The notes below the pieces were generated by a model, which did not search any database, was not told the DNA's origin, and worked only from the letters and a program-made list of their open reading frames with translations. From contig OZ242339.1 in the NCBI GenBank assembly GCA_965208505.1, positions 1,407,715 to 1,471,714 of the forward strand: a stretch of DNA of 64,000 nt, given 5' to 3'. This document shows, piece after piece, positions 55,358-64,000 of the stretch (position 1 is its first letter; each line of letters starts with the position of its first letter). This DNA is from Acidimicrobiales bacterium. Lineage in GTDB: Bacteria > Actinomycetota > Acidimicrobiia > Acidimicrobiales > Bin134. The position numbers and the translations under genes are program-made.

Positions 55358-56518
55358 ATGATCGTCGATGTGGATACCCACTGGGAGATCACGGGGGACT
55401 CGGCGGGGGTTGACCCCATGAAGCCGTGGGCCGATCAGATTCCCGACAACCGGACGCATCTGGCCAACGCCATCGCCGGCGATTTGCTCCAGGTGCTGCC
55501 TGCGGAGCGTCGGCCCAACCCCGTGGAGCTGTTGCCCAAGCTGTTCGAGCGGGCCAAGGAATCGGGCGGTCCGGTTGTGTTGCACCCCCGCCACGACTCC
55601 ACCGCGGCCGAGAGGGTGGCGTGGATGGACTCGGTGGGCATCGACCACTGCCTGGTGAACCCCGGCGGGTACTGGCAGAAGCTCGACTACCTGCGGCCCG
55701 ACGACCGTGTGGTTGCCGCCCAGCGGTGCAACGACTTCCTGACCGAGCAGCTTTGGGATCAGCAGCACCGTCTCCATTCAGTGGCCACCGTCGACTTCTC
55801 CGACATCGAGGCCGCAGTAGTCGAACTGGAGCGCTGCCGGGAACGGGGCGCTCGGGCGTTCTTCCTCTACACCTTGCGGGGGGCACCCGCCGGAGGGCCT
55901 CCCGGCCACCCCGATTGGGACCAGGTGTGGGCTGCGGCCACTTCGCTGGGCATGGTGGCGGTGATCCATGTGGGCAACACCGAGGCCGACTTCTCGAAGT
56001 GGGCCGACATCGGCTGGGACCTGCCCGACGGGGCCGGTGTGGGCGGGCTGATCCGGCTGGCCAACACCCAGCGGCTGCACGCGGCCCAGAACCTTATTGC
56101 CAGCATGCTGTTCGGCGGGGTGTTCCACCGCTTCCCCAACCTCACTGTGCTGGTCGAGGAGATGCGGGCCGGATGGCTTCCCTGGTATGTGGCCACGCTG
56201 TCCCGACAGTGCCTTTCTTCGCCCTCTTTGGGCGACTGGCCATGGCCGGTCAGCGGCGAGGAGATGCTGCACCGCAATCTGCGGCTCACTCCCCTGCCTG
56301 GCTTCGGCGACACCGATGCCCTGGACGTACTCGCCGAGTTGCCCGACATGGTGGTGTTCTCCTCCGACTACCCCCACCAAGAGGGCAACGCCGACCCCAT
56401 CGAGCTGTACCGCCCGACTCTCGACGAGGTAGACGACGAAGTGAGAACCGCGTTCATGGGAGCGACTGCTGCCGACTGCTTCACCCGCATCGGCGATCCC
56501 CTGCCTGCGGTGGCCTAG
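55358..56518 (+). CDS. Amidohydrolase-2 family metal hydrolase
   Basis: MIVDVDTHWE start and SSDYPHQEGN near the C-terminus. Confidence 0.8.
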   Translation: MIVDVDTHWEITGDSAGVDPMKPWADQIPDNRTHLANAIAGDLLQVLPAERRPNPVELLPKLFERAKESGGPVVLHPRHDSTAAERVAWMDSVGIDHCLVNPGGYWQKLDYLRPDDRVVAAQRCNDFLTEQLWDQQHRLHSVATVDFSDIEAAVVELERCRERGARAFFLYTLRGAPAGGPPGHPDWDQVWAAATSLGMVAVIHVGNTEADFSKWADIGWDLPDGAGVGGLIRLANTQRLHAAQNLIASMLFGGVFHRFPNLTVLVEEMRAGWLPWYVATLSRQCLSSPSLGDWPWPVSGEEMLHRNLRLTPLPGFGDTDALDVLAELPDMVVFSSDYPHQEGNADPIELYRPTLDEVDDEVRTAFMGATAADCFTRIGDPLPAVA

Positions 56519-56539
56519 CTGCTCCCCGAAGTCCCGAGA

Positions 56540-57697
56540 TCAGCGCCCCACGGGCTGCATGTAGAACGTGATGCCGCTGGGAGCCTCTTGCTCGGTGAGG
56601 GCGTCGCGAGCCGCAGCCAAAGTCTTGCCCGCCTCAGTCTCCTCGTAGAACCACGCCTCCGCTTGTCGGGCACCCGGAGGCGGGTCGCCGGCCAACTCAA
56701 GGGCAGCCTCTTGGTAGTACGCCCGGATGTCGTGGGCGATGGCGATGGTGTCCAGCCTCGGGCCGTACACCTCTTTCCAGTGCTCACCGGCGGCCACCCG
56801 CTCCAAGTCGGCCAGCGCGCCCACCACACCGTCGGCGTCGATGGCCCGGCCCACTTCGGTGGCCCCCCGACGGTCCACCGCCCGGTCGTAGGCGGCCCGC
56901 AGTCCCTGGGCCTCGTCGATAGACGGAGCGATGTCGGGGTCGTAGCGGGGCGGCAGCGCGCAGGCCAGTGGCGTCTCGACGGCCTCCACCACCTCGGGAT
57001 AGTCCACCAGCACAGGGCCCGACGGTGCGTTGAGCAAGTCGAATGCCGCGCTCAGCACACCGTGTTGGAATTGGGCGTTGTCGGGCATGCCCAGCGGACG
57101 ACCCAGGGGGAACTCGCAGTACAGCACCCGGGGGACGTTCATCCGCTCAGCCACCGGTCGCATCGATGCCAGCACCACCGTGGCGATGCCAGCTTCTTCC
57201 AGTACGTGGCCCAGCACACACACGGTGCGCGTGCACAGCGGTCAAACGGGAGTCAAGATGGCCACATCCACCCCATCGGCCCGCAGCTCGGCGGCCGCGG
57301 CGGGGCCGGTGTCGAGGCGCACCTCCGACACCGTGTCGGGCTGGTTGCCGGCAAACGCCACATGCCGGGGCGCCACGGCCCCGATGGTGCCGGCAGCGGC
57401 CAGTTCCTCCAGGCGGTCGATGGGATACACCACGTTGTGGTCGGACACGTACGCCGCCCGGTCGAAGTTGGAGCTCCAATGGCCCAAGATCAGTTCCCGG
57501 TCGGCCCGGTCGAGCATCCGATAGCTCACGTCCCCCCGGCCCTCGAATCGGTCTTGGTCGGCCCGGTGAAGACCTGCACTGGTCACGATGGCTACCGTGG
57601 CCTCGGCCAAGGGCGGAGGCGACGCCCACGGCGTGGACTCGAATTCCGGAACCGGCAGGTTGGCCATCATGTCGCGCATCACTTGGTCACTGGACAT
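56540..57697 (-). CDS. GrdB/PrdB-family (glycine/sarcosine/betaine/D-proline reductase B-like) protein with in-frame TGA, candidate selenoprotein
   Basis: Track ORFs 57242-57697 and 56540-57223 are in the same frame, separated only by the TGA at 57242-57244 plus six sense codons. The read-through gives ...VDVAILTPV-U-PLCTRTVCVLGHVLEEAGIATVVL..., with a UxxC motif. Confidence 0.7.
57214..57234 (-). promoter_or_regulatory. SECIS-like hairpin downstream of the in-frame UGA
   Basis: mRNA: UGA CCGCUGU GCACGCGC-ACCGU-GUGUGUGC. This is an 8 bp stem (two G-U pairs) starting 7 nt after the UGA, with G and U in the apical loop. Confidence 0.45.
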
Positions 57698-57725
57698 GCT
57701 CTAACTCTCCCATAGCGTCGCTTGT

Positions 57726-59198
57726 TCACCCGGTGCCGGGCACTGACAATTGTGTCCGTAGTTCGGCGTAGCGGGCCCGGGCCTCCTGGCCGTTGGCACC
57801 GGACGGTGGCTCCACCACCACTCCCCTGCCTAGAGGCCAGTCAGCGGCAACTTCGGCAGGGTGCCGGCCCGCTGCTATCGCTGCGGCCTGCACTGCTGCG
57901 CCCAGTGCCACCGTCTCGTCGTCATCAGGCACAGTTACCGGCTCGCCGTGCAGCGCCGCAGCCCTATCCCGGTAGGCGAGAGAGCGGGCGCCGCCGCCGA
58001 TGAGGTGGAGGCGGCCGCTGGCATCCACACCTGCGCTCCGCAGGGCATCGAGCCCGTCGAATAGCCCACATAGCACACCATCGTGGGCGGCCAGGGCCAC
58101 CTGCTCGCGAGTCGTGTCGTTGCGCAGCCCGGCAAAGAGACCGGTGGCGGCGGGCAGATCGGGGGTGCGCTCCCCGTCGAAGTAGGGCACTAGCACCGGG
58201 GCGTTGGGGCCACCGGCAGCGGACAAGGCGAGCTCTGCCAGGCCCGCAGGATCTACCCCCAGCCAGCGGGCCACAGTGTCGGTGACCCGGGTGGCGTTGA
58301 GGGTACACACCAGGGGCAGAAACGCTCCGGTGGCGTCGGCGAACCCGGCTACAGCGCCGGTTGGGTCGCTGGTGGGGGTGCGAGAGACGGAATAGGCCGT
58401 GCCGGAAGTGCCCAGAGAGATCACCGAGTCGCCCGGCTTCAGCCCGAGTCCGAGGGCAGCCCCCATGTTGTCGCCGGTTCCGGGGCCGATCAGCACGGCG
58501 TCGCCTAATCCCAGTGCGGAGGCAGCATCTTGGGTGATCTGCCCGGCGGCCTCGTCGGGCCCGAGCACTTGAGGCAGCCGGGACAGCCAGCCGGTGGGGT
58601 CGTCGACCACCAACCCAAGCAAGTCAGCCGCCATCTCATTGGCGGCGGGGTCGAACCAGCCGGTGCCCGAAGCGTCGCCCCGGTCGGTGACATGGGCCCC
58701 GGACAGCCGCCAGGTGATCCAGTCGTGGGGAAGCATGATCCGGGCGATGCGGTCGGCAATCTCAGGCTCGTGCTCCAACACCCAGGCCAGCTTGGCGATG
58801 GTGAACGACGCCAGCGGCACCGAACCGCAGCGCTCGGCCCATCCCTGTGGGCTCAAGCGGGCTGCCAGATCGCTGGCTTGGGGCGCAGATGTGGTGTCGT
58901 TCCACAGCTTGGCCGGGCGCAGCACCGCACCGTCATCGCCCACCAGCACCAGGCCGTGCTGCTGGCCGGCCACGCTGATGGCTGCCACGCAGGCCCGGTC
59001 GGCCTCGGTGAACTGGGTGAAGCAGGCCGCTAGCGCGTCCCACCATGTCACCGGGTCCTGCTCACTCACCGGCGGATCCCAGCAGGTGTGGGCATGGGGA
59101 CCACTGGCCCGGTCCACCAGCCGCCCCGAGCCGCGCTCTCGCAACTCCACTTTGGTCGACTGGGTGGACGAGTCCACCCCCGCAACCAACTCCATCAA
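57726..59198 (-). CDS. xylB: Xylulokinase (FGGY family)
   Basis: [12 protein letters not shown] start and FGGY motifs; 490 aa, overlapping the xylA stop by 4 nt. Confidence 0.85.
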   Translation of the reverse strand: MMELVAGVDSSTQSTKVELRERGSGRLVDRASGPHAHTCWDPPVSEQDPVTWWDALAACFTQFTEADRACVAAISVAGQQHGLVLVGDDGAVLRPAKLWNDTTSAPQASDLAARLSPQGWAERCGSVPLASFTIAKLAWVLEHEPEIADRIARIMLPHDWITWRLSGAHVTDRGDASGTGWFDPAANEMAADLLGLVVDDPTGWLSRLPQVLGPDEAAGQITQDAASALGLGDAVLIGPGTGDNMGAALGLGLKPGDSVISLGTSGTAYSVSRTPTSDPTGAVAGFADATGAFLPLVCTLNATRVTDTVARWLGVDPAGLAELALSAAGGPNAPVLVPYFDGERTPDLPAATGLFAGLRNDTTREQVALAAHDGVLCGLFDGLDALRSAGVDASGRLHLIGGGARSLAYRDRAAALHGEPVTVPDDDETVALGAAVQAAAIAAGRHPAEVAADWPLGRGVVVEPPSGANGQEARARYAELRTQLSVPGTG

Positions 59199-60532
59199 CT
59201 CGGCGTGGTCCAGATAATGCGGTTGACCTCGTTCTCGAGACGCTCTTGGCGTCCCGACACCGGCTTAGGACTGAGCCCGTCGGCCACTGCTTGATCGGCC
59301 AGCGAGGCCAAATCCACGTCACCCTTCATGATGTCGGCTCCGAGACCCGACTCCCAAAGGGCATAGCGCTGTTCCCGGGCCTGCTCGATGGTGCCGTCGG
59401 CCAGCATTGCCTCGGCCACCAGCAGGGAGCGGGCCAGCGTGTCGATGCCGCCGACGTGGCCCCAGAACAGATCGTCTCGGGCCATGCTCTGGCGCCGGAG
59501 CTTGGTGTCGAAGTTGAACCCGCCGGTGGAGAACCCCCCGCCCCGCACGATCTCATAGAGGGCCAGCGACAGCTCGTCCACCGAGTTGGGGAACTGGTCG
59601 GTGTCCCATCCGTTTTGAGGATCGCCCCGGTTGGCGTCCACGCTGCCGAAGATGCCGTTGTCCACCGCGTAGGCCACCTCGTGATGGAAGGAGTGGCCCG
59701 ACAGGGTGGCGTGGTTGACCTCGATGTTCACCTTGAATTCGTCGACCAGGTCGTAGCGCTCCAAGAACCCGTGAACCGAGGCGCAGTCGTAGTCGTACTG
59801 GTGTTTGGTGGGCTCCTGGGGCTTGGGCTCCAACAGCAGCGTGCCCGAAAAGCCGATTTTGTGCTTGTGCTCGGCCACCAGGGTCAAAAAGCGGGCGAGC
59901 TGGTCGGCCTCTTGGCGCAGCCGGGTGTTGAGCAGTGTCTCGTAGCCCTCTCGCCCGCCCCACAACACGTAGTTGGCCCCGTCAAGGCGGTGGGTGGCCT
60001 CAAGCATGTGGCGAACCTGGGCGGCAGCGTGGGCGAACACCTCCGGGTCAGGGTTGGTAGCGGCCCCGGCGGCATAGCGGGGGTGGCTGAACAGGTTGGC
60101 CGTGCCCCACAAGAGCTGCACCCCGGTGGCCTCCATCTTGGTCGCGGCCCGCTCAACCATGGCGTCGAGGTTGGCCCGGCTCTCAGCCAGGCTGTCGCCC
60201 TCGGGGGCCATGTCCACATCATGGAAGCAGTAGAACGGCGTGCCCAGCTTCTCGAAGAATTCGAAGGCGGCGTCTTGTTTGGCCCGAGCCGCGGCCATCG
60301 GGTCTTGGCCGGGCTCCAGCCAGGGCCGGTCGAAGGTGCCGACGCCGAAGATGTCGCTGCCCGGCCAGTTGAAGCTGTGCCAGTAGCACACGGCAATTCT
60401 GAGATGGTCCTCCATCCGCCGCCCCAGCACCTGCCGTTCGGGGTTGTACACCCGGTAGGCCAACTGGCCGAGGCCAGCCCGATTCCCGGCATGGGCCACC
60501 GGTTCGGGAACGGTGTCAAAGAAGTCAGTCAT
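59195..60532 (-). CDS. xylA: Xylose isomerase
   Basis: [30 protein letters not shown] and [10 protein letters not shown] motifs; 445 aa. Confidence 0.95.
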   Translation of the reverse strand: MTDFFDTVPEPVAHAGNRAGLGQLAYRVYNPERQVLGRRMEDHLRIAVCYWHSFNWPGSDIFGVGTFDRPWLEPGQDPMAAARAKQDAAFEFFEKLGTPFYCFHDVDMAPEGDSLAESRANLDAMVERAATKMEATGVQLLWGTANLFSHPRYAAGAATNPDPEVFAHAAAQVRHMLEATHRLDGANYVLWGGREGYETLLNTRLRQEADQLARFLTLVAEHKHKIGFSGTLLLEPKPQEPTKHQYDYDCASVHGFLERYDLVDEFKVNIEVNHATLSGHSFHHEVAYAVDNGIFGSVDANRGDPQNGWDTDQFPNSVDELSLALYEIVRGGGFSTGGFNFDTKLRRQSMARDDLFWGHVGGIDTLARSLLVAEAMLADGTIEQAREQRYALWESGLGADIMKGDVDLASLADQAVADGLSPKPVSGRQERLENEVNRIIWTTPS

Positions 60533-60638
60533 TGTGTGGCTCCGTCACGATGAGGAATCTGCCGCCTGATTCTAAGGTTCGCCGCACGAAGCCGCTCGAT
60601 TGCGCGTACGCTGACGGGGTTGAAAACAAGCTACAAGC

Positions 60639-62351
60639 ATGAGAGGCGGGTCCATGTCTTTTCCATCCGATCTTGAGATCGCCCGCGGGGCGAATCTCCG
60701 ACCGCTGACCGAAATCGCCGAAGAGGCCGGCATCCCAACCGAGATGCTGGAGCCCTACGGGGCAGGGGCGGCCAAGATCAGCCTGGACGCCATCGAGGCG
60801 CTAGCCGACCGACCCAGAGCCCGCTATGTGGTGGTAACGGCCATCACCCCCACCCCGCTGGGCGAGGGCAAGACCACAACCACCGTGGGTCTGGGCCAGG
60901 GCTTCGGCCATATCGGCAAGCGCGCCACCATTGCCATCCGCCAACCCTCGCTTGGTCCGACGTTCGGCATCAAGGGCGGCGCGGCCGGCGGCGGCTACAG
61001 CCAGGTGGTGCCCATGGAGCTGTTCAACCTCCACCTCACCGGCGACATGCATGCGGTGACCGCCGCCCACAACATGTGCTCGGCCATGCTCGACGCCCAC
61101 ATCTATCACGGCAACGAGTCGGGCCTAGATCTGCACAACATCACCTGGCGCCGGGTAGTGGACATCAACGACCGAGCCCTTCGCAACATCGTCGTGGGTC
61201 TGGGCGGGCGGCTTGACGGCGTCCCCCGGGAAAGCGGCTTCGACATCACCGCCGCTTCCGAGGTGATGGCCACCCTGGCCCTGGCCACCTCGCTGTCCGA
61301 CCTGCGGGCCCGGCTGGGCCGGATCGTTGTGGGCTACACCAAAGACGGCGACCCGGTGACCGCCGAAGACCTGAAGGCCGCCGGGGCCATGGCCGTGCTG
61401 TTGAAGGACGCCCTCAAGCCCAACTTGATGCAGACCCTGGAGGGCGGCCCCGCCCTGGTACACACCGGGCCGTTCGGCAACATCGCCACCGGCAACTCCT
61501 CCATCGTGGCCGACCGCATCGCCATCCGCACCGGCGACTTTTTGGTCACCGAGGCCGGATTCGGCGCCGACATGGGCGCCGAGCGGTTCTTCAACATCAA
61601 GTGCCGCTACTCGGGCATCGACCCCGACGCCGCGGTGATGGTGGCCACTGTGCGTGGGCTCAAGGCCCACTCCGGCAATCACCGAATCGTGGCCGGACGG
61701 CCCCTGCCCGAGGCACTGCTGGCCGAGAACCCCGACGAAGTACACGCCGGGGGCGACAACCTCCGCAAGCAGCTGTCGAACATGAAGGCCCACGGGGTTA
61801 CCCCGGTGGTGGCCATCAACGCCTTCCCCGGCGACCACGACGCCGATCTGGCCGCCATCGCCGAGATCGCCGACGAGTACGGCGCCCGCTGCGCGGTGAC
61901 CACCCACTTCTCCGACGGCGGCGCGGGGGCAGCCACCCTCGCCGAGGCAGTGGCCGAAGCCTGCGAGGAGCCCAGCTCGTTCAAGGTGCTGTACGAGGAC
62001 GACTTGTCGCTCAAAAACAAGATCGCCGCGGTGGCCACCACCGTGTACGGCGCCGACGACGTGGAGTACTCGGCCACCGCCAACCGCCAGCTCAACACCT
62101 ACGAGTCGGCCGGCTTCGGCCACCTCCCGGTGTGCATCGCCAAAACCCACCTGTCCATCTCGTCTGACCCCTCCCTCAAGGGCGCCCCCACCGGCTGGAC
62201 CCTGCCGGTGCGAGAGGTGCGGGCCTCTGTGGGCGCCGGTTTCGTCTACCCCATCTGCGGCGACATGCGCACCATGCCCGGCCTCGGCCGCCAACCCGCC
62301 GCCATGGGCATCGACCTAGACGAAAACGGCGAGATCGTCGGCCTGAGCTGA
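60639..62351 (+). CDS. fhs: Formate--tetrahydrofolate ligase
   Basis: SDLEIA start, ITPTPLGEGKTTTTVGL P-loop, EGGPALVHTGPFGNIA. The ATG at 60654 is an alternative start. Confidence 0.95.
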   Translation: MRGGSMSFPSDLEIARGANLRPLTEIAEEAGIPTEMLEPYGAGAAKISLDAIEALADRPRARYVVVTAITPTPLGEGKTTTTVGLGQGFGHIGKRATIAIRQPSLGPTFGIKGGAAGGGYSQVVPMELFNLHLTGDMHAVTAAHNMCSAMLDAHIYHGNESGLDLHNITWRRVVDINDRALRNIVVGLGGRLDGVPRESGFDITAASEVMATLALATSLSDLRARLGRIVVGYTKDGDPVTAEDLKAAGAMAVLLKDALKPNLMQTLEGGPALVHTGPFGNIATGNSSIVADRIAIRTGDFLVTEAGFGADMGAERFFNIKCRYSGIDPDAAVMVATVRGLKAHSGNHRIVAGRPLPEALLAENPDEVHAGGDNLRKQLSNMKAHGVTPVVAINAFPGDHDADLAAIAEIADEYGARCAVTTHFSDGGAGAATLAEAVAEACEEPSSFKVLYEDDLSLKNKIAAVATTVYGADDVEYSATANRQLNTYESAGFGHLPVCIAKTHLSISSDPSLKGAPTGWTLPVREVRASVGAGFVYPICGDMRTMPGLGRQPAAMGIDLDENGEIVGLS

Positions 62352-62448
62352 CTAGGAGGCTCACCATTGCCCATGACCCTGTAAAGGACACTTGGTCGTG
62401 GGGCAGATAGTCTAAATCGACCTTAGGGAATAGCCCTGGGGGAAGGGG

Positions 62449-64000
62449 GTGTACATGGCGAAGCGGGAACGTTTGACCGTGCCGATGGTGCGGGACAACG
62501 GAAGCCTGCGAGAAGCGACTTGGAATGAAGCACTGTCGCGGGCCTCTACCGGGTTCAACCAGGTGCTCGAACACCATGGGCCGCAGGCGTTCGGGATGTT
62601 CAGCTGCTCTAAGGCCACCAACGAGATGAACTACATCGCCCAGAAGTTCATCCGCACGGTGGTGGGCTCCAACAACATCGACTCCTGCAACCGAACTTGA
62701 CACGCTCCTTCGGTCGTCGGTCTGGCGACAGTGTTCGGAGCGGGAGGGGGCACTTGCTCCTACCAGGAGATCGAGGAAACCGACGTGATCCTGTTGTGGG
62801 GGTCAAATGCCCGCGAGGCCCATCCCATCTTCTTCCACCACCTTCTCAAGGGCCTCGACAACGGCGCCCGAATGTACTGCGTCGACCCCCGCTACACCTC
62901 CTCGGCCCGCTTCGCCGACGTGTGGGTGGGCATCGACGTGGGCACCGACATCGCCCTGGCCAACGGCATCGGCCGTGAGATCATCCATGCCGGGCTGGCC
63001 AACCAAGACTTCATCGACCACTCCACCCAGGGCTTTGAGGCCTACGCCGCCTCGGTGGAGCCGTTCACTCCCGACGCGGTGGCCGCCATTTGCGGCATTC
63101 CCCCCGAGGCCGTGGTGGAGATGGCCCACGCCTACGCCACTGCCGACAGTGCCCAGATCCTGTGGACCCTGGGCATCACCGAGCACCACAACGCGGTCGA
63201 CAACGTGCTGTCGTTGTGCAACCTGGCCCTGCTTGCCGGCCATGTGGGGCGGTGGGGCTCGGGCCTGGTGCCGCTGCGGGGGCAGAACAACGTGCAGGGC
63301 GGCGGCGACATGGGGGCCATCCCCAACAAGTTCCCCGGTTTCGCCAGCGTGGACGACCCTGCTCACCGCGCCCGATTCGAGGCCGCCTACGGCCGGGAGC
63401 TCAACCCGGTCCCCGGTTGGCATCTCACGCTCATGTTCGAGGCCATGGAGCAGGGCGACCTGAAGGCGCTGTACGTGATCGGCGAGAATCCGGCCGACTC
63501 CGAGGCCGACGTGCTCCACGCCCGGGCCCAGCTCGAGAGCCTCGACATCCTGGTGGTGCAGGACATCTTGATGACCCGCACCGCGGAGATGGCCGACGTG
63601 GTGCTACCCGCCTCGGTGGCCTGGGCCGAGAGCAACGGCACTGTAACCTCAAGCGAGCGCCGGGTGCAGCGGGTGCGCCCGGCGGTGTCGCCCCCCGGAC
63701 AGGCCCGCCACGACATCGACATCTTGTGCGACATGGCCGAGGCGATGGGCGCCGAACTCGGCCCCCGCGACCCAGAGGCCGCGTGGGACGAGCTGCGCTC
63801 TTTGTCGGCAATGCATGGAGGTATGGCCTGGGAGCGCCTAGAGGCCGCAGGCGGTCTGCAATGGCCGTGTCCCGACGAGGATCACCCGGGCAGCCCCTTG
63901 CTCCACGGCTGGCTGTGGGCTGATGACTTGGAGGGCCACGACCCGGCCCCCTTCTCGGTGCTGGAGCATGAGGGACCGACCGAGGAGCTGAGCGAGGAGT
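62449..64000 (+). CDS. fdhA: Formate dehydrogenase alpha subunit (molybdopterin oxidoreductase) with in-frame TGA = selenocysteine; continues past the right window edge
   Basis: The track shows only 62449-62700. The same frame stays open from 62701 to 64000 and reads ...NNIDSCNRT-U-HAPSVVGLATVFGAGGGT...LLWGSNAREAHPI...GITEHHN...PLRGQNNVQGGGDMG...GENPADSE.... This matches the SRVUHGPSV-type active site of FdhF-like enzymes. Confidence 0.85.
62703..62742 (+). promoter_or_regulatory. fdhF-type SECIS hairpin immediately after the UGA
   Basis: Outer stem CGCUCC (62703-62708) / GGAGCG (62737-62742). Inner stem GUCGUC (62713-62718) / GGCGAC (62724-62729), with apical loop GGUCU (62719-62723). The E. 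coli fdhF SECIS also has a GGUC-containing apical loop. Confidence 0.7.

Noticed and set aside
57221-57244. The TGA at 57242-57244 considered as a simple nonsense mutation, making the GrdB-like gene a pseudogene split in two.
   Set aside because: This is not fully excluded. However, the TGA sits exactly at a UxxC position typical for this selenoprotein family, a hairpin follows at SECIS distance, the downstream frame is intact, and a second Sec gene (FDH) is in the same window. Recoding is the more economical explanation.
60533-60638. ZTP (pfl motif) or THF riboswitch upstream of fhs, suggested by a CCGCCTG string at 60560-60566.
   Set aside because: The other conserved pfl elements (GACUGGCG, GGGGAGCC, the CCGCCUGGGC pseudoknot partner) are not present, and the gap is only about 105 nt and shared with the divergent xylA promoter.

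Overview
High-GC, almost fully coding chromosomal segment that looks actinobacterial (DUF3151 and DUF2510 proteins, many GTG/TTG starts, 4-8 nt gene overlaps). Most genes are core or catabolic. They include RNase D (partial), rhodanese, mobA, pyk, gltB-gltD, an M18 aminopeptidase, trkA plus two trkH, 5-formyl-THF cyclo-ligase, H+-pyrophosphatase, xylA-xylB and fhs. There is also a long run of amidohydrolase, dehydrogenase, hydratase and hydrolase genes and a three-gene ABC-2 exporter. I recognised no rRNA, tRNA, CRISPR array, transposase or integrase. The ORF track hides several things. (1) Two genes read through an in-frame TGA that has a SECIS-like hairpin just downstream: a GrdB/PrdB-family protein (56540-57697) and a formate dehydrogenase alpha subunit (62449 to the window end). 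(2) An RNase D gene runs off the left edge. (3) A small EF-Tu-domain-II-like gene sits inside a long spurious antisense ORF. (4) Many annotated starts are too far upstream. The most interesting candidate is a lower-GC two-gene module at 23442-26540. It is a RecQ helicase fused to a ComFC-like phosphoribosyltransferase domain (frame broken inside the PRTase motif), translationally coupled to a DprA-like protein, directly downstream of alkB. This recalls both the ComFA/ComFC/DprA competence trio and the PRTase + DprA-like ShosTA defence pair. Other leads are a promoter-driven ~250 nt GNRA-rich structured RNA with phased TGTGG boxes upstream (5555-5905), a second lower-GC island (secreted S1 protease, internally duplicated lipoprotein, orphan Phd/YefM antitoxin with a 39 bp palindrome), and an ECF sigma / anti-sigma cluster with two tandem Asp-box paralogs. 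All calls come from reading the translations and sequence by eye; no database search was possible.
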